A stretch of DNA of 64,000 bases from Oopsacas minuta. Its lineage: Eukaryota; Animalia; Porifera. Positions 61,575 through 64,000 of this stretch are shown one piece after another; position 1 is the stretch's first letter, and every line of letters begins with the position of its first letter. Both the position numbers and the translations under genes were made by a program. The stretch covers positions 248,001-312,000 of the forward strand of contig JAKMXF010000066.1 in NCBI GenBank assembly GCA_024704765.1. The letters run 5' to 3'. The notes below the pieces were generated by a model that saw only the letters and a list, made by a program, of their open reading frames with translations, was not told the DNA's origin and did no database searches.

Positions 61575-62393
61575 ATGGGGAGTTTAACATCAAGGTCAAC
61601 TCAAAGTACAAGTACAAATGCAGTAGAGAATTTACAAATGAGAGCAGAAGGCTTAGCTATACGATGCATATCATCACTTTATGTAAAGTTAAGTACGTGG
61701 TTGATAACTCTTTGTTACTATAGTTTAGTTAAATTCTGTAAGATAGGGCTGAAAGTTACAAAAACTGTGTTTGAAGATACAGCTAGTTTTGTAGCAAAGA
61801 ACATACTGGGATATGTGAATGCCTTTCGTGATACAACAATAAATTATATATGGCATAGAACTAATTACGTAAAAGAAATGATAGAATCGAGTATTGCTGT
61901 TGTAACTAAGTCGTATACATTCGAATTACAAGAAACATTCGCTGAAGTTAAAAAGATCATAACCCGTTTCCTGTGTGGATCTATATCTGTTAAAGTTGAG
62001 TATGAAGCTGGTGACATTCTGTACAGACGAATGAATGGGGTCCTAGGAATGTTCATATATCACTACGGAGTGTTTATCGGCAAAAAAGAAGTAATACAGT
62101 TCACGTGTAGTGCGTGTAAAGCTAGTGAGGGTATATTAGAGAAAGTTAGTCTAGATGAATTTCTTGCTGGGGAACTTGAACTAGGGGTAATAACAAAGTT
62201 CGAATATGCTACTAAAAATAAGAAAGACATTTGCAGGAAAGCATTCGAGATCTACCAGCTAGATGAGGAGAGGGAAGATTGGTGTGAATATAATTGGAGA
62301 AGAAATAATTGTGAACATTTCGCTAACTACTGTGCTACAGGCCATAAGTACTCCAGCCAGTCAAGCTATTTTCTGATCAATTGTGTATTGTAA
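61575..62393 (+). CDS. LRAT-domain protein with a long N-terminal extension (MGSLTS start)
   Basis: AGDILYRR..IYHYGVFIGKKEVIQF..YNWRRNNCEHFANYCATG. The second His is replaced by Gln. Confidence 0.85.
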   Translation: MGSLTSRSTQSTSTNAVENLQMRAEGLAIRCISSLYVKLSTWLITLCYYSLVKFCKIGLKVTKTVFEDTASFVAKNILGYVNAFRDTTINYIWHRTNYVKEMIESSIAVVTKSYTFELQETFAEVKKIITRFLCGSISVKVEYEAGDILYRRMNGVLGMFIYHYGVFIGKKEVIQFTCSACKASEGILEKVSLDEFLAGELELGVITKFEYATKNKKDICRKAFEIYQLDEEREDWCEYNWRRNNCEHFANYCATGHKYSSQSSYFLINCVL

Positions 62394-62862
62394 TGGTTGA
62401 AACGTATACGGTATTTGTTTATGTGTAAATATTTTGTAATTAAATGTTATACGTACAAAATGGGAAAACTGTAACTTGTTGTAGTTAATCATTCTAAACG
62501 TTGGTGTGCGAATTGTTACAAATCAATAGTTACATTTATGAATTGAATTAAATAGTGTAATTGCTGATTAGGTACAAATTCCAAGAATTTTATAGTTATT
62601 TCCCATTTGACTTTATGGAGCTATACTTTTCATTGAATTTCCCCGAGGTTACACATATCCGTGAATACGTGTTCTATAACTGGAAAAGCACTGACTTTTT
62701 CCAGTTCCCAAATATGATCATAATCCTTGAATGATTGTAAAATAATAAAAGTTTGTGGTTTGAGATTTGAAAATAAATAAAATGTATACACTTGAGATAT
62801 AGCTGCTATATATATATATACAAATAAAATCAATAAATCAGATGAAAAGCAACAAAAACCGT

Positions 62863-64000
62863 TCAGGTATCTTCAGAATGAGATTTAGCAATTAAGCCTA
62901 AAATATATTTCTGTAAGCCAATAAACACAATCTCAACTACACTAGATAACCCCATTAAGTCAGTAGCTACGAATGGTAACACAGTACTACTGATTTGATG
63001 CAAATAACAAAGATTAAATTTTTCAGAATGACCCTCAATTTGACTACAAACATATCCAGATGATATAACCTGTCCTCTCTCGTAAGATGGGTCTAGCGGG
63101 ATCAAATCTAGCTCTACAGAGCTAAATGCTATAGCATATGGATCTAAACTAGTGGATATTATGGGAGATCGTTTTGAGGCTAAAAGAACGAAATCTCTAA
63201 TTTTCTCACTGTGATCTAATGGCTTCATTATAAGTCTTACTATGACGTCATCATTAGTTATAGATTTAACAGTATCAGCTGATATACATAGCTTATCCCA
63301 TGTCTTCCTATCTTCAAGGAGAGATTGTTGTAACAGTTTAAATCCTGTCTCTGAATCTACACCTGCTATCTCTCCTTCACATTTCAGAGCAAAGAATTGA
63401 CTATCTTCATATTGATATAGAGTACAGGATCTGTTCTCATTGCTGTCAGATTTCTGCCAACCTACAACACAATTAAAAAGCATATTATCCTGTAATATTC
63501 GTTAATAACGTAAAAGTGGGGGTTAATTAAGCCATTCTTAGCCCACATCCTACAGCCTTGTAACATACAGCATTTCTAATAAACATAATAAATACTAACC
63601 AGTTAGAGTGTATAGCTTCATGAGGCTAGAAATATTCCCATATACAAGTGGCAGGAATTGATCTTTACTTGAAGGATCCAATAACGGTATCTTCTTATCA
63701 TTAACAAAAGTTCTTCTATCCAATCTCAAATGATATCTACCATAAGCTTCTGCAGCTCTCCTCTTCTCTATCTCCGTAGCAGGAGTTAGTTTAGGTAAGT
63801 TAATAAGGTTAAAATCTTCATCTCTCACTCCCAGATAGAAATAAGCAGATGATATATGTCTTTCTTCCTCATTTATTTTGTAAGCAGTCAGCCGTATCCC
63901 TACCTCCATACTCTTGTTGAATACGTTATTGACTGATGCTCTGAGACGAACTCTGTCACCCACACGGGATGGAGCTCTGAAGTGAATACTGTCCACAGCT
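62863..64000 (-). CDS. Acyl-CoA thioesterase ACOT11/12-like (hotdog + START), 5' part beyond the window
   Basis: DSIHFRAPSRVGDRVRLRASVNNVFNKSMEVGI (hotdog-ACOT), EIEKRRAAEA..R, followed by a START-like exon (62863-63483). Confidence 0.85.

Noticed and set aside
62630-62733. Exon-like stretch downstream of the ACOT-like stop codon
   Set aside because: An acceptor-like site is present but no compatible upstream donor precedes the stop at 62863. Left unassigned.

Overview
AT-rich, gene-dense eukaryotic (animal) genomic DNA with short GT-AG introns. The compactness and gene content suggest an early-branching metazoan such as a sponge; this is inference, not verified. Housekeeping genes: PEX6, a large ICE1-like gene that appears to enclose a same-strand LAMP-family gene, EIF3B, MMACHC, a C2orf81-like gene, PI4K2, an NHL-repeat gene, a METTL27-like methyltransferase, TSNAX, cyclin L, an intron-containing tRNA-Ile(TAT), NCAPG2 and a partial ACOT11/12-like gene. 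An accessory island at about 21.6-34.5 kb holds a divergent UBA6-like E1, a 3.15-kb RAG1-like/Transib transposon, three duplicated LRAT/NlpC-P60 genes and an LRR-EGF-TM receptor. The most notable object is the transposon (26239-29391). Its decayed transposase of about 734 aa combines an NBD-like helical region, the DDE triad, the RAG1/Transib Zn ligands and a CTT*-like CX2CX3GH motif. There is no RAG2-like gene. Its ends are perfect CACAGTG heptamers followed by a shared 9-mer at unequal spacings (10 vs 19 bp), an RSS-like asymmetric layout. Many MITE families are scattered through introns and intergenic DNA. All protein identifications come from motif recognition by eye; no database search was run.
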